20,000 bases of DNA from an uncultured virus (IMG/VR IMGVR_UViG_3300035696_001394) (Duplodnaviria > Heunggongvirae > Uroviricota > Caudoviricetes). Below, piece by piece: positions 1 through 8,402 of the stretch (its first letter is position 1; each line of letters starts with the position of its first letter). The notes below the pieces were generated by a model. The model was not told the origin of the DNA and did no database searches. It saw nothing but the letters and a program-made list of their open reading frames with translations. Both the position numbers and the translations under genes were made by a program. Location of the stretch: the IMG/VR virus record IMGVR_UViG_3300035696_001394, one strand, 5' to 3'.

Positions 1-2
1 GC

Positions 3-797
3 GCCGCTCACGCCCGTCCAGTACGACGTGCCCGCCGACTGCCCGCTGTCGGTGAGCGCGGTGCAAAAGAGCCCCACGTTGTGCCCGACGCCGGTCTCCG
101 ACGCGTCGTTGTACCAGGGCTGGAGATCACCTTCCTGCCCGGTCGCCGTGTTGAGGTAGCAAGCCACCGCCACGAAGTCGCACTGATGGCTGATGACAAG
201 CCCTTCGAGGCCGGTGTCGCCGTCGTACGTGATCGTGAGCGCCTCGGAACCGCTCGCCGCGAGCCAGCTCGTGAGGAAGCACCCGACCGGGATGTTCAGC
301 GCACGCCGGCACGCGTTGACGAGATCGCAGAGGCCGACGGGCTCCACCGAGGTGTAGTTGCCCGCGCCGACGGTCCAGTATTCGACGTCGAAGATGAGAC
401 CGTCGAACTTGCACTCGCTGTACGACGAGTTGCCCGCGAGGCTCTGGAACTCTTCCAGCCGACGGATGATGTTCTGCATCACCCACTGTTGGTTGTGCCC
501 CCAATCGGTGTTGCCGCAGAGCGCGAAGACCTTGATCCCGCTCGCGTGAGCGAAGTGGAGAAGCTTCTGGACCTGCGCCGCGTTCGCGCTCGTCCAGTTG
601 CCCCCGCCGAGGTAGAGCCAGATGTCGAGGAAGGCGATGCTCACGCCGTTGCTCGAACACCAGTTGAGAAACGACTGCATGTGCGAGTCGCTCGACAGCG
701 GATCGTAGGTTGCGCCCACGGTCGGGATCCACGTGAACATGGCGCGATCGAGATCCCCGTTGGGCGGGGTCGGCGGCGTGACGGCGGTGACGGACAT
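3..797 (-). CDS. Putative TIM-barrel glycoside hydrolase-like protein (GH18-like motif), 3' end truncated by the window edge
   Basis: Read by hand; absent from the ORF track because no stop occurs before position 1. ATG at 797 follows a purine-rich RBS (GGGGAAGGGAAAG). Translation MSVTAVTPPTPPNGDLDRAMFTWIP...HFAHASGIKVFALCGNTDW...KFDGLIFDVEYW...; FDGxxFDxE resembles the GH18-type DxxDxDxE strand. Confidence 0.7.
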   Translation of the reverse strand, partial: MSVTAVTPPTPPNGDLDRAMFTWIPTVGATYDPLSSDSHMQSFLNWCSSNGVSIAFLDIWLYLGGGNWTSANAAQVQKLLHFAHASGIKVFALCGNTDWGHNQQWVMQNIIRRLEEFQSLAGNSSYSECKFDGLIFDVEYWTVGAGNYTSVEPVGLCDLVNACRRALNIPVGCFLTSWLAASGSEALTITYDGDTGLEGLVISHQCDFVAVACYLNTATGQEGDLQPWYNDASETGVGHNVGLFCTALTDSGQSAGTSYWTGVSG

Positions 798-814
798 TGG
801 TTCTTTCCCTTCCC

Positions 815-1168
815 CTAGAGCAGCGACGCGAAGTAGGCGAAGTGCCCGTTCTCGTCGCGCTGCTCGCTGATGGCCTTGTTGATGACGAGTGGATCGCTGA
901 GAAGCTTGAGGGTAGCGCGGTGCTCTTCTGGGCACGCCTTGTTGTGCGCCGCCATCCACGCCTTCATACCCTCGGGCGTGCCGTGCGTGAAGAGATGGAC
1001 GCGCTTGCCGCCGTCGAGCACGGCGTAGGCGATGGCGACCTGCGCGCTCGCGTGAACGTGCGTCTCCTTCTCCTCTCGCGCCTCTTCCGTCTCCGTCTTC
1101 TCCCTCTTCTCCTCGAAGTGGTAGAGATGCAGGAGACCGTCGCTCTCTTTCTTGTAGTAGTCGCGCAT
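815..1168 (-). CDS. Hypothetical protein (117 aa, MRDYYKKESDG...)
   Basis: ATG at 1168 just downstream of the stop of the 1173-1934 gene; tight packing; the track's longer N-terminus overlaps the upstream gene. Confidence 0.7.
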   Translation of the reverse strand: MRDYYKKESDGLLHLYHFEEKREKTETEEAREEKETHVHASAQVAIAYAVLDGGKRVHLFTHGTPEGMKAWMAAHNKACPEEHRATLKLLSDPLVINKAISEQRDENGHFAYFASLL

Positions 1169-1172
1169 GGCA

Positions 1173-1934
1173 TCACCCTTGTACGTACTCGAACCCTGCG
1201 ACCGCCGTTGACGCGGTCGCCGCTGTCGGTCGCTCGACGAGCCAGACGAGATCCGGCCCCGGGAGCGCGAGCGGCACCTCAAAGTCGTGATCGAACGAGC
1301 TGCCCGCGAGATGCACGAGCGTCATGCCGATCTGAAGCTGCGGGCTGTTGGTCGACGTCGGGTTGCCCGAGTGGTTGAGGTTCGTCTGTCCCGCCACGAT
1401 AGTGCCCCCGCACGTCATGCTGAGCAGATAGCAGGAGACCCCCGCCGGCACGTAGTGGTGCGCGTAGAACGTCATGCCGTCGCTCGCCGCGATCGACGCC
1501 CACGCCGTGCCGCCGCCCGCCGTCGCCGTGAAGAGGCTGATCGCGCCGGTGTTGCCGCCGCCCTGCGTGCCGACCTGACTGACGATCATGTTCTCGATGA
1601 ACGCGTAGTTCGTCCCGACGGTGTTGACCGCCGTCGTGCCGTTCATCGTCACGATCTCGGAGTGCAGCGCGACGCTCGCGTCGAGGTAGTTGATCGTGAT
1701 CTGCTGAGCGCCCGTCCCCGCCGATGAGTCGGCGGCGTTCGACGACGAGACGCTACGCTGCGCGTTCGCGCCCTGCGGCGTGTACGTCGTCGCGCGGATC
1801 GCCTTGCCTGTCGTCGCGCTCGTGGCGGTGTAGCCCTGAGCACGCCCGCTGATCGTCGTGCCGTCGCTGATCGTCCCGAACGCGAGCGCCCACGCGATGT
1901 CCTCGACGACCGGGTTGTTCTGAAGGACGCCCAT
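1173..1934 (-). CDS. Putative virion structural/decoration protein, paralog of the 1944-3125 C-terminal domain
   Basis: Thr/Ala/Gly/Ser-rich beta-type composition; motif SSNAADSSAGTGAQQITINYLD...VTMNGTTAVN is shared with the neighbour; GAGG RBS. Confidence 0.7.
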   Translation of the reverse strand: MGVLQNNPVVEDIAWALAFGTISDGTTISGRAQGYTATSATTGKAIRATTYTPQGANAQRSVSSSNAADSSAGTGAQQITINYLDASVALHSEIVTMNGTTAVNTVGTNYAFIENMIVSQVGTQGGGNTGAISLFTATAGGGTAWASIAASDGMTFYAHHYVPAGVSCYLLSMTCGGTIVAGQTNLNHSGNPTSTNSPQLQIGMTLVHLAGSSFDHDFEVPLALPGPDLVWLVERPTAATASTAVAGFEYVQG

Positions 1935-1943
1935 CGCTCGACC

Positions 1944-3125
1944 TCACTGATCCCAGAACTCGAACGAACCGAGGTTCTTGAGACTCGTCGTTCCGCCGGG
2001 GAGCGCGAAGAGCAAGATACGCGCGGGCCCCGGGACCAACAACGACGAGTACGCCCGCTGCACTTGGAAGTCCTGATCACCGGTGAACCAGTCGGAGAGC
2101 TGCAAGTCGACGTTGGTCCCTACCGGAATCGTCTGCTCGAAGATGGAGAAGATCGACGCGTTGCCAGCGACGGAGTTGTTGTTGAGCCCACTCGCGCTGA
2201 TGACGTGACAGGTCTTGCCGCTCACGACGTAGTGCTGCGCCCAGAACGTCTGGTTGTCGCCGACCGCGATCGATCCGACGTTGGTGCCCGCGCCGCCTGC
2301 CCCCGTGAAAAGCGTGATGATGCCGACGTTGCTCCCGCCCGAGCCCACGGACGTGACGACGATCTTCTCGATGAAACACTTGGTCGTCGTGACGAGGTTG
2401 ACCGCGGTCGTGCCGTTGAGCGTCGCGTTCTCGGTACCGAGTGTCGCACCCGTCTGATCGATAAACGTGATGGTCAACGTGCGCGCGCCTGTACCGGCCG
2501 CAGCGTCCGCCACGTTGCCGCTGACGACCGAGCCCGTGAAGTTCGTCGTCTGCTCGGTGTACGTGGTCGCGCGCACCGGCACGTTCGTCGTCGCCGTCGT
2601 CGTGATGTAGCCCTTCGCGAGACCCGACGTGGCGCTCGACGGGATCGGGCTGACGGTGACCGAGATGTCGCCGTTCGCGTCGACGCGCACGGGCACGACG
2701 ACGCCCCCCGCGGTGAGCCCCAGAATCACGCCCGGCAGCTTCGAGAGCAGCGTCGCGTAGACGCCCGTGAAGCTCGGCGTCGTGCCGGTGATCGTCCACG
2801 TGACTTGGACGACGCCGGTCACGCTCGTACGGATCGTGATCACCTGCGTGCCGGCCGCGGTCATCGCGGTGCCAGTGACCGCCGCGCCGATAGCCGTCAC
2901 CTGATCGCCGGGGTCGACTTCTTGGATCGACCACGTGATGCTCGGCGTCGTCCCCGTCGGCGCGTTCTTGATATTGACGATGAGATCGATCTCGCAGGTG
3001 CCGTACTGCCCCGTCGAGATGACCTGCGAACCGGTCGCGGTGAGCGTCGCGTTGGCCTGAACCAACTGCTTGTTGTTGTGGATCCCCGCGTCGACGCCGG
3101 AGATCGGGTTCCAGGGGTTCGCCAT
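1944..3125 (-). CDS. Putative virion structural protein (two beta-rich domains)
   Basis: 393 aa, Thr/Gly/Val-rich; C-terminal ~230 aa align by eye with 1173-1934; GAGG RBS before the ATG. Confidence 0.75.
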   Translation of the reverse strand: MANPWNPISGVDAGIHNNKQLVQANATLTATGSQVISTGQYGTCEIDLIVNIKNAPTGTTPSITWSIQEVDPGDQVTAIGAAVTGTAMTAAGTQVITIRTSVTGVVQVTWTITGTTPSFTGVYATLLSKLPGVILGLTAGGVVVPVRVDANGDISVTVSPIPSSATSGLAKGYITTTATTNVPVRATTYTEQTTNFTGSVVSGNVADAAAGTGARTLTITFIDQTGATLGTENATLNGTTAVNLVTTTKCFIEKIVVTSVGSGGSNVGIITLFTGAGGAGTNVGSIAVGDNQTFWAQHYVVSGKTCHVISASGLNNNSVAGNASIFSIFEQTIPVGTNVDLQLSDWFTGDQDFQVQRAYSSLLVPGPARILLFALPGGTTSLKNLGSFEFWDQ

Positions 3126-3138
3126 CGCGCCCTCTACC

Positions 3139-3501
3139 CTACCGCGTGATCACGTGGACGATGCACTCCCGCCGCACGACGCGGGGCCCGGTCCCCGCAG
3201 TCGCCTCGTGATTGACCGTGCAGTCCTGAGTCTCCTTCTGGCACACGCGCCCGCACCCGCGCTGCACGCTGCACTCCAACTCGGCGGCGAGCTGCCGCTC
3301 ACGCGTCTCGCGCTCGGCCGGCTCGTCGATCTGACCCGTCGCCATCACGACGCACTCGGCCGCGCCCTCGTCGCTCGCGATCTGCACCTCGATGAGCGCG
3401 CGCACCAAGTCGGGCATCGCGGGGAGCACCTTCTCGTGCTTTTCGATCGCTTCGCGCAGTCCCGCGGGCGGCCCCTCGTATCGGAAGCACCAATCGCTCA
3501 C
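3139..3501 (-). CDS. Hypothetical protein (120 aa)
   Basis: Fills the gap between 3125 and 3506; GTG start after GAGGAG. Confidence 0.6.
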   Translation of the reverse strand: MSDWCFRYEGPPAGLREAIEKHEKVLPAMPDLVRALIEVQIASDEGAAECVVMATGQIDEPAERETRERQLAAELECSVQRGCGRVCQKETQDCTVNHEATAGTGPRVVRRECIVHVITR

Positions 3502-3505
3502 GGGA

Positions 3506-3964
3506 CTACTCCTCGTAGATGACGGTCACCGCGAGGGCCTGACCCGTGTTGGCGCCACCGAAGTTCCACGCGACGAGGTAGGTGCTCTTCGCGATCGTGA
3601 TCTTGCCCTGACCGTCGAGCGGATAGGTCTCGATGAGGATCTGGCCGCTCGCCGGCCCGAACGCGACGACTTCGAGCCAGTTGGGCGCCACTGCGATCGT
3701 GGGCGCGGTCGACCACGCCGTGTCGAGTGCGCACGTCGCCGCCGCGTCGTTGGTGTCGTGCGGCTGCGGCGTCGTGCTCGTGGTCGCGACGGGCGTGTTG
3801 CTCGGGTAGACGAGCCCCACCGGCGAGTAGATGAACGTGGTCGTGCTCGTACGCTTCTCGCGCAAGAACGCGCGCCGGCTCGCAGCGGTGTGGAACGTGT
3901 AGTACGCCGCGCCGCCCCCCGAAGGGTTCGCAGTGGCCGTGACGGCGGTCGTGTAGACGGGCAT
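3506..3964 (-). CDS. Putative small beta-sandwich virion protein
   Basis: 152 aa, Thr/Ala-rich, ends in a beta strand (LAVTVIYEE); operon packing. Confidence 0.65.
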   Translation of the reverse strand: MPVYTTAVTATANPSGGGAAYYTFHTAASRRAFLREKRTSTTTFIYSPVGLVYPSNTPVATTSTTPQPHDTNDAAATCALDTAWSTAPTIAVAPNWLEVVAFGPASGQILIETYPLDGQGKITIAKSTYLVAWNFGGANTGQALAVTVIYEE

Positions 3965-3971
3965 GGGCGGA

Positions 3972-4376
3972 CTACTTCCCCACGCGAAGGATAGCGGCTT
4001 CCGCGTCGAGCTGTTGCCGGATACGCGTGCGGCCTTCCTTCTCCGAGAGCGAGTCGACGGCGTACAGCTCCTTGTGCGCGTGCTTGTTCACGGAGAGCAG
4101 GTGCTCGATCTTCTCGCGGAGCACGCGCCGGAGCGTGTCGTCCTTGAGCGGCTTGCCTGTCGCCATGTTCTCGATGACGATCGCCTGCGCCGGATCGAAC
4201 TGCGTCGCCGGGTGAACGTTCGGGTCCCACCGAAGGATGACCGCGGGCGCGAAGATGCCGGCGCCGACAGGCACGAGGTCGATGGTGTACTGGACGCCGT
4301 CACACTCGTGGCCGATCTCTTCGAGGACCCGCCGCACGAGGTCCAGCGTGTGGAGCCGCTCGACCTCGGTCGCCAC
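3972..4376 (-). CDS. Hypothetical protein (134 aa, MATEVERLHTLDL...)
   Basis: GTG at 4376, 2 nt after the upstream stop at 4379; protein-like composition only from this point. Confidence 0.65.
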   Translation of the reverse strand: MATEVERLHTLDLVRRVLEEIGHECDGVQYTIDLVPVGAGIFAPAVILRWDPNVHPATQFDPAQAIVIENMATGKPLKDDTLRRVLREKIEHLLSVNKHAHKELYAVDSLSEKEGRTRIRQQLDAEAAILRVGK

Positions 4377-4378
4377 GG

Positions 4379-4795
4379 CTACTTCACGGCGGTGAGCGGC
4401 TTGCGCGCGTGCGCCTGGAGCATCTGCGCGCGCTGCTTCTCGGCCTGCCCGATGAGCGTCACGATCTGCTCGCGCTCGGCGTCGCAGAGACACGAGCACC
4501 GGATGATCTGGTAGGTGCCGTAGAACTCCTGACGCACCTGCCCGGCGATCGTGAGGATCGGGTTGACCTCGCGATGCACCTTGATCCTGTCGTCCTTGAG
4601 CGTCTCGACGGCCACGAGGTATCCGTACGCTGGCTCGACGGCCGCCCCGATGACGCGCGTCCCCGCCGAACCGGGGACCTCGCGCGCCTCGTCGGTGAGC
4701 TTGCCGATGTACCAGCGGTTGCCGTCTTGGCTGATGAGGACCCAATCCTGAGCCAGCTCGTCGGGCGTGATAGCCCGATGCTCCTTGATCTCCAT
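4379..4795 (-). CDS. Hypothetical protein (138 aa, MEIKEHRAITP...)
   Basis: ATG at 4795 with AAGGAG RBS. Confidence 0.7.
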   Translation of the reverse strand: MEIKEHRAITPDELAQDWVLISQDGNRWYIGKLTDEAREVPGSAGTRVIGAAVEPAYGYLVAVETLKDDRIKVHREVNPILTIAGQVRQEFYGTYQIIRCSCLCDAEREQIVTLIGQAEKQRAQMLQAHARKPLTAVK

Positions 4796-4827
4796 CTTCG
4801 TCTCCTTGCCGCTTGCGCGGCGCTCGG

Positions 4828-5325
4828 TCACTCGAACGTGTCGAGGCTGATCTCGTATGCGAGCGACGCGGCGGCGGCGACGTTGAAGATGTCCATGCTG
4901 CCCGTCGAGCCCGCGGTGCCGGCGCCGTAGCCGTAGAGGCGGTACGCCTCGTCGTAGGTGCGCGCCTGCCAGTTGCCGGGCGAGGTCGTGCCGGAGCCGA
5001 TGGAGAGCAGGATCACGGGCCCACCCGTGCCGCTCGTCACCGTGCCCGCCGAGAAGCCGGCGGTCGCCTGGGCGGCCTGGTAGCCGGGCTCCTTGGGGGT
5101 CGGCGTGATCGCCGTGCCGCCGGAGCTGGCCGTGGTCGTCCACTTCTCCAGGCGGTAGGTGATGCCGCTGATGTTCGTGAGGTTCGCGCCCTTACCGCTC
5201 GGGTAGATGGCGTCGATGCCCACCGCCCTGCCGGCGCCGGGGGCGACGAAGAGCGAGTCGTTGGCCGTGTTCGGGGCCGCGTTGGTGGTCTGCGTTGCGC
5301 CGGGGGCGACGTTGTAGAAGAGCAT
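4828..5325 (-). CDS. Putative small beta-sandwich virion protein
   Basis: 165 aa, Thr/Gly/Ala-rich, terminal beta strand (YEISLDTFE); AAGGA RBS; similar size and composition to 3506-3964. Confidence 0.7.
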   Translation of the reverse strand: MLFYNVAPGATQTTNAAPNTANDSLFVAPGAGRAVGIDAIYPSGKGANLTNISGITYRLEKWTTTASSGGTAITPTPKEPGYQAAQATAGFSAGTVTSGTGGPVILLSIGSGTTSPGNWQARTYDEAYRLYGYGAGTAGSTGSMDIFNVAAAASLAYEISLDTFE

Positions 5326-5365
5326 GATCCTTTGGGTTCTCCTTGGTGGGCCGAGACGACGCCCC

Positions 5366-5596
5366 CTACTTGCGGGCGCGGTAGACGTCGGTCGCCGCGA
5401 AGCGCGCGCCGTCCTCTGAGCACGACCAGTTCGAGTGCGTCGTGCAGAGATTGATGTTCTTGATGCTCGGACGGTTGAGCGGGCCCTTGGGCCCGACCGC
5501 AGTATCCTTCTCGGTGCCGTCGGTCATGAAGTCGGCGAGGTGCGAGCAGCCGGGGACGTCGCAGCGCGGCGGATCGGCTTTGGGAGCTTGGGCCAT
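5366..5596 (-). CDS. Small Cys/His protein, possible zinc binder
   Basis: CDVPGCSH...NLCTTH pattern; AAGGAG RBS. Confidence 0.65.
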   Translation of the reverse strand: MAQAPKADPPRCDVPGCSHLADFMTDGTEKDTAVGPKGPLNRPSIKNINLCTTHSNWSCSEDGARFAATDVYRARK

Positions 5597-5598
5597 GG

Positions 5599-5976
5599 CT
5601 ATCTGTTCTCCTTGGACACGCGAACTTGCCAGTCCCGGAACAGGGCGGCAAGAGCGGGCGAGACATCGTTGTGCCGGACCATCTCGTCCAACTCCTCGAC
5701 GGTGACCGGACGTCCCAGCTTGGTGATCTCCTCACCGAGCTTGATCCGATACTCCCCGTCGGGGTCCATGAGTAGCGCGTTGGCCGTGTTGCCGTACTTC
5801 TCCGCGCAGCCACCGGTATCGCAGAGCGCGGTGACGTGCGTGATTAGGCGCGCCGGCACCATGCCCTGCGGCTTGCCGCAGCTCGCGCAGAAGATGGGTA
5901 CGTAGTCGCCCTTGTCCGTCCGAATGATGCCGGTCCGCGCGCGCGTTCGGCTGTCGGGCAGGATGTCAAGAGCCAC
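5599..5976 (-). CDS. Hypothetical protein with zinc-ribbon-like Cys pairs
   Basis: CASC...CDTGGC; ends 2 nt before the next start. Confidence 0.65.
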   Translation of the reverse strand: MALDILPDSRTRARTGIIRTDKGDYVPIFCASCGKPQGMVPARLITHVTALCDTGGCAEKYGNTANALLMDPDGEYRIKLGEEITKLGRPVTVEELDEMVRHNDVSPALAALFRDWQVRVSKENR

Positions 5977-6033
5977 GCAACGAGAGTGCCACCTCTACCC
6001 CCCGAGGTCAACCGGAGCGCGGGGCGCGGCGGG

Positions 6034-6222
6034 CTACTTCTTCTTGGCCGCTTTGACGAGGTAGCTCTGGAGCTGCTGTCCGATGACGGCCAGATCCTTG
6101 TGCGTGAGCGACATGGTGCTGCCGGCCTTCTGCAAGGTGACGGTCGCATCGGTCATGACGTTCACGGTCCCGCCCGAGGGCAGCGGCGTGGTCGAAGCGG
6201 TGAGGGCCTTGGTGGCTGCCAT
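6034..6222 (-). CDS. Small hypothetical protein (62 aa)
   Basis: Fills the gap on the coding strand; TAGACT -10-like hexamer 7 nt upstream of the ATG. Confidence 0.6.
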   Translation of the reverse strand: MAATKALTASTTPLPSGGTVNVMTDATVTLQKAGSTMSLTHKDLAVIGQQLQSYLVKAAKKK

Positions 6223-6253
6223 GCGTCCAAGTCTACAGGATCAGGGCGCCGGC

Positions 6254-6925
6254 TCAACCCCACGGGGGGCGCAGCGCCGTGACCCGGCATTCGTCGCACT
6301 GGCACGGGAACCGGCGCAGCACGTTGTAGCCCTTGGTCCCGCCCCACTTCTGCGTGGCGAAGATCGTCTCCTGGCCGGGAGCCGCAGTGCCCGAATGGTG
6401 GACCGGATTGAACATGCGCGCGGGGAAGACGCGGAGCTGCCCGGGAAACTGCGTCGCGACACGCGTGAGCAGCATCGGCCCCACGACCTTCCATGCGGGC
6501 GCGTCACCGTCGGCGGCGCCGGCTTCTTCCATGCACGACTTGAAGATGGGCGCGCCCTGCACGCCGCCCATCGCACCGCACGCGATGACACCGGGCCGCA
6601 CGATCTCGTTCTCGAAGCAGGCCCACGCATCGAGCGTCAGGAAGCGATCGTCGAGCGTCTCCATGCACTCGCTGTCGGCGTCCACCACGACGCCGCCGAA
6701 GCGCACGAGGATCTCCCATCGGATCACGTCGCAGACGCCGTTCCATTCACGCCGCTGGGCGCGCCGCTCGATCTGCGCCTTGTTCTCGTTGAAGGCGTTG
6801 TGATCGCGGTGGACAGCGACCTCCCATCCGGTCGCCGGCCCGTGCTTGGCGAACCACGAGTCGATGAGCGCCGTCGGGGGATCGTGAGGCCCGAACCAGC
6901 AGATGTGGAGCGTCTTGTTGATCAT
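6254..6925 (-). CDS. GT32/OCH1-like glycosyltransferase (DXD sugar-binding family)
   Basis: INKTLHICWFG, CDVIRWEILVRFGGVVVDADSEC (DxD) and VGPMLLT are hallmark motifs of the Gly_transf_sug/GT32 family. Confidence 0.85.
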   Translation of the reverse strand: MINKTLHICWFGPHDPPTALIDSWFAKHGPATGWEVAVHRDHNAFNENKAQIERRAQRREWNGVCDVIRWEILVRFGGVVVDADSECMETLDDRFLTLDAWACFENEIVRPGVIACGAMGGVQGAPIFKSCMEEAGAADGDAPAWKVVGPMLLTRVATQFPGQLRVFPARMFNPVHHSGTAAPGQETIFATQKWGGTKGYNVLRRFPCQCDECRVTALRPPWG

Positions 6926-7737
6926 CGGGAACCTCGTTCGAACAGGTAGTAGGTCGTCGGGAACGCCCCCTCGACCCCGGCCGGGTACTTCGGCCGACTC
7001 GTGGCGAGCTTGTAGCCGTGCGATTCGAGCAACGGCAAGTAGGTAGGACGCGTCTTGTCAGGCTCCATGCACGAGAAGGTCTCGTCGTGGGGCACGATGA
7101 AGAGGTTGCGCACGTCGTGGTCGGCGAGCCACCCGAGCCAGAAGTCGATCGCGGTGCGCGGGCACTCCGACCACGAGTGGATGTTGCACGCGAGATCGAC
7201 GCCGGCCGAGAGCACCTCGTCCAAGTCGGGCAACCCCACGACGTGCGCGTGGCTGCCGCGGTAGCCGAGGTAGCGCTCGCACACGAGCGTCGAGATGGGA
7301 ACGGCGTCGACGCAGTAGACCTCGTGCGCCGAGAACAGTTCGAGCAGCCGGTGCGCAAAGCGTCCGTAGCCCGCGCCGATGTCGAGGATGTCGAGCGGCG
7401 TCGAGCCGAGGTCGAGCGCGTCGTGCAGGAACCCGACTTCGAGGATGCTGTCGAGCAAGTCGCGGCTGACCGGCTTGCCGTCGAAGTCGAAGGTGATGGC
7501 GCCAAAGGTGCCGTCCTCTTCGAGCTGGTCGAGCCACTCGGGGCGCTCTCGCCGCACGTAGGCCAGCTCGACGGCGTACTGCTCACGCGTCGCGCCGAAG
7601 TTGAGCTGCCCGAGGTACTGCGACTCGCCGCGGAAGGTGTCGAGGCCGATCGTCTTGGCCCACTCCGCCCAGAGCGTGAGTTCGACGCCGGACTTCGCGT
7701 ACGCCGCTTCAAGCGCGACGAGCTGCCGAGGCTTCAC
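6922..7737 (-). CDS. Putative sugar O-methyltransferase (class I SAM-dependent)
   Basis: GTG at 7737 overlaps the upstream stop (GTGA); SRDLLDSILE, ILDIGAGYGRFAH (SAM motif I), NIHSWSEC. Confidence 0.8.
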   Translation of the reverse strand: MKPRQLVALEAAYAKSGVELTLWAEWAKTIGLDTFRGESQYLGQLNFGATREQYAVELAYVRRERPEWLDQLEEDGTFGAITFDFDGKPVSRDLLDSILEVGFLHDALDLGSTPLDILDIGAGYGRFAHRLLELFSAHEVYCVDAVPISTLVCERYLGYRGSHAHVVGLPDLDEVLSAGVDLACNIHSWSECPRTAIDFWLGWLADHDVRNLFIVPHDETFSCMEPDKTRPTYLPLLESHGYKLATSRPKYPAGVEGAFPTTYYLFERGSR

Positions 7738-8402
7738 GGACGCACCCACGCGCTCGTGACGCAGCCGTTGCGGCCGGGGTTGGCGAGCGTCATCTCCAGC
7801 CCCCAGCCCCACGCGATCTTGCAAAGCTCGATGAAGTCCTCGCGGCGATGCGTCTCGATGAGCAGCGCCGACAACTCCGCGCCGTGTTGGAAGTCGCGCA
7901 GGATGGGCAGCTCGGCGCCCTCGGTGTCGAGCTTGAGGATGCGGCACTTCTTGAGGCGCTTGGCCGAGAGCGTTCGCGCCTTCACCGTGTGCTCGGGGTT
8001 CTGCCACGCGAGCCGGTGCATGCTCGTGCCGAGGAGCGTGCGCCGCCCTTCGAAGAGCGTCACCTGCCCCTCTTCATCGATCTGCACCGCGTCATCGGTC
8101 GAACCCACGACCGCGCACTCGACGACCTCGGCGTTCATCGCCGCGAGGTTGTCGCGGCAGAGCGCCGCGATCTGCGGGTGCGCCTCGTAGCAGGTGACGT
8201 GCGTGCGGTCGGCCGGGAACTCGGCGAACACCCAGAGCGCGAAGATCCCGACGTGCGCGCCGACGTCGAGGATCTCGATGGGCTCCGAGTCCTTCTCGAA
8301 GCGAGGGATCTTGGCGTGCGCGTAGTCGCGGTCCATCTCCGCGAGGTTCCACATCGAGGTGCGGGGCAGGTGCAGCATCGAAGAGTTGTTCATGGTGCTC
8401 AC
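7734..8402 (-). CDS. FkbM-family methyltransferase
   Basis: ILDVGAHVGIFA, CYEAHP, LKLDTEGAE (FkbM-type KxDxEGxE). Start is either GTG 8402 (GTGA overlap) or ATG 8393. Confidence 0.85.
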   Translation of the reverse strand: MSTMNNSSMLHLPRTSMWNLAEMDRDYAHAKIPRFEKDSEPIEILDVGAHVGIFALWVFAEFPADRTHVTCYEAHPQIAALCRDNLAAMNAEVVECAVVGSTDDAVQIDEEGQVTLFEGRRTLLGTSMHRLAWQNPEHTVKARTLSAKRLKKCRILKLDTEGAELPILRDFQHGAELSALLIETHRREDFIELCKIAWGWGLEMTLANPGRNGCVTSAWVRP

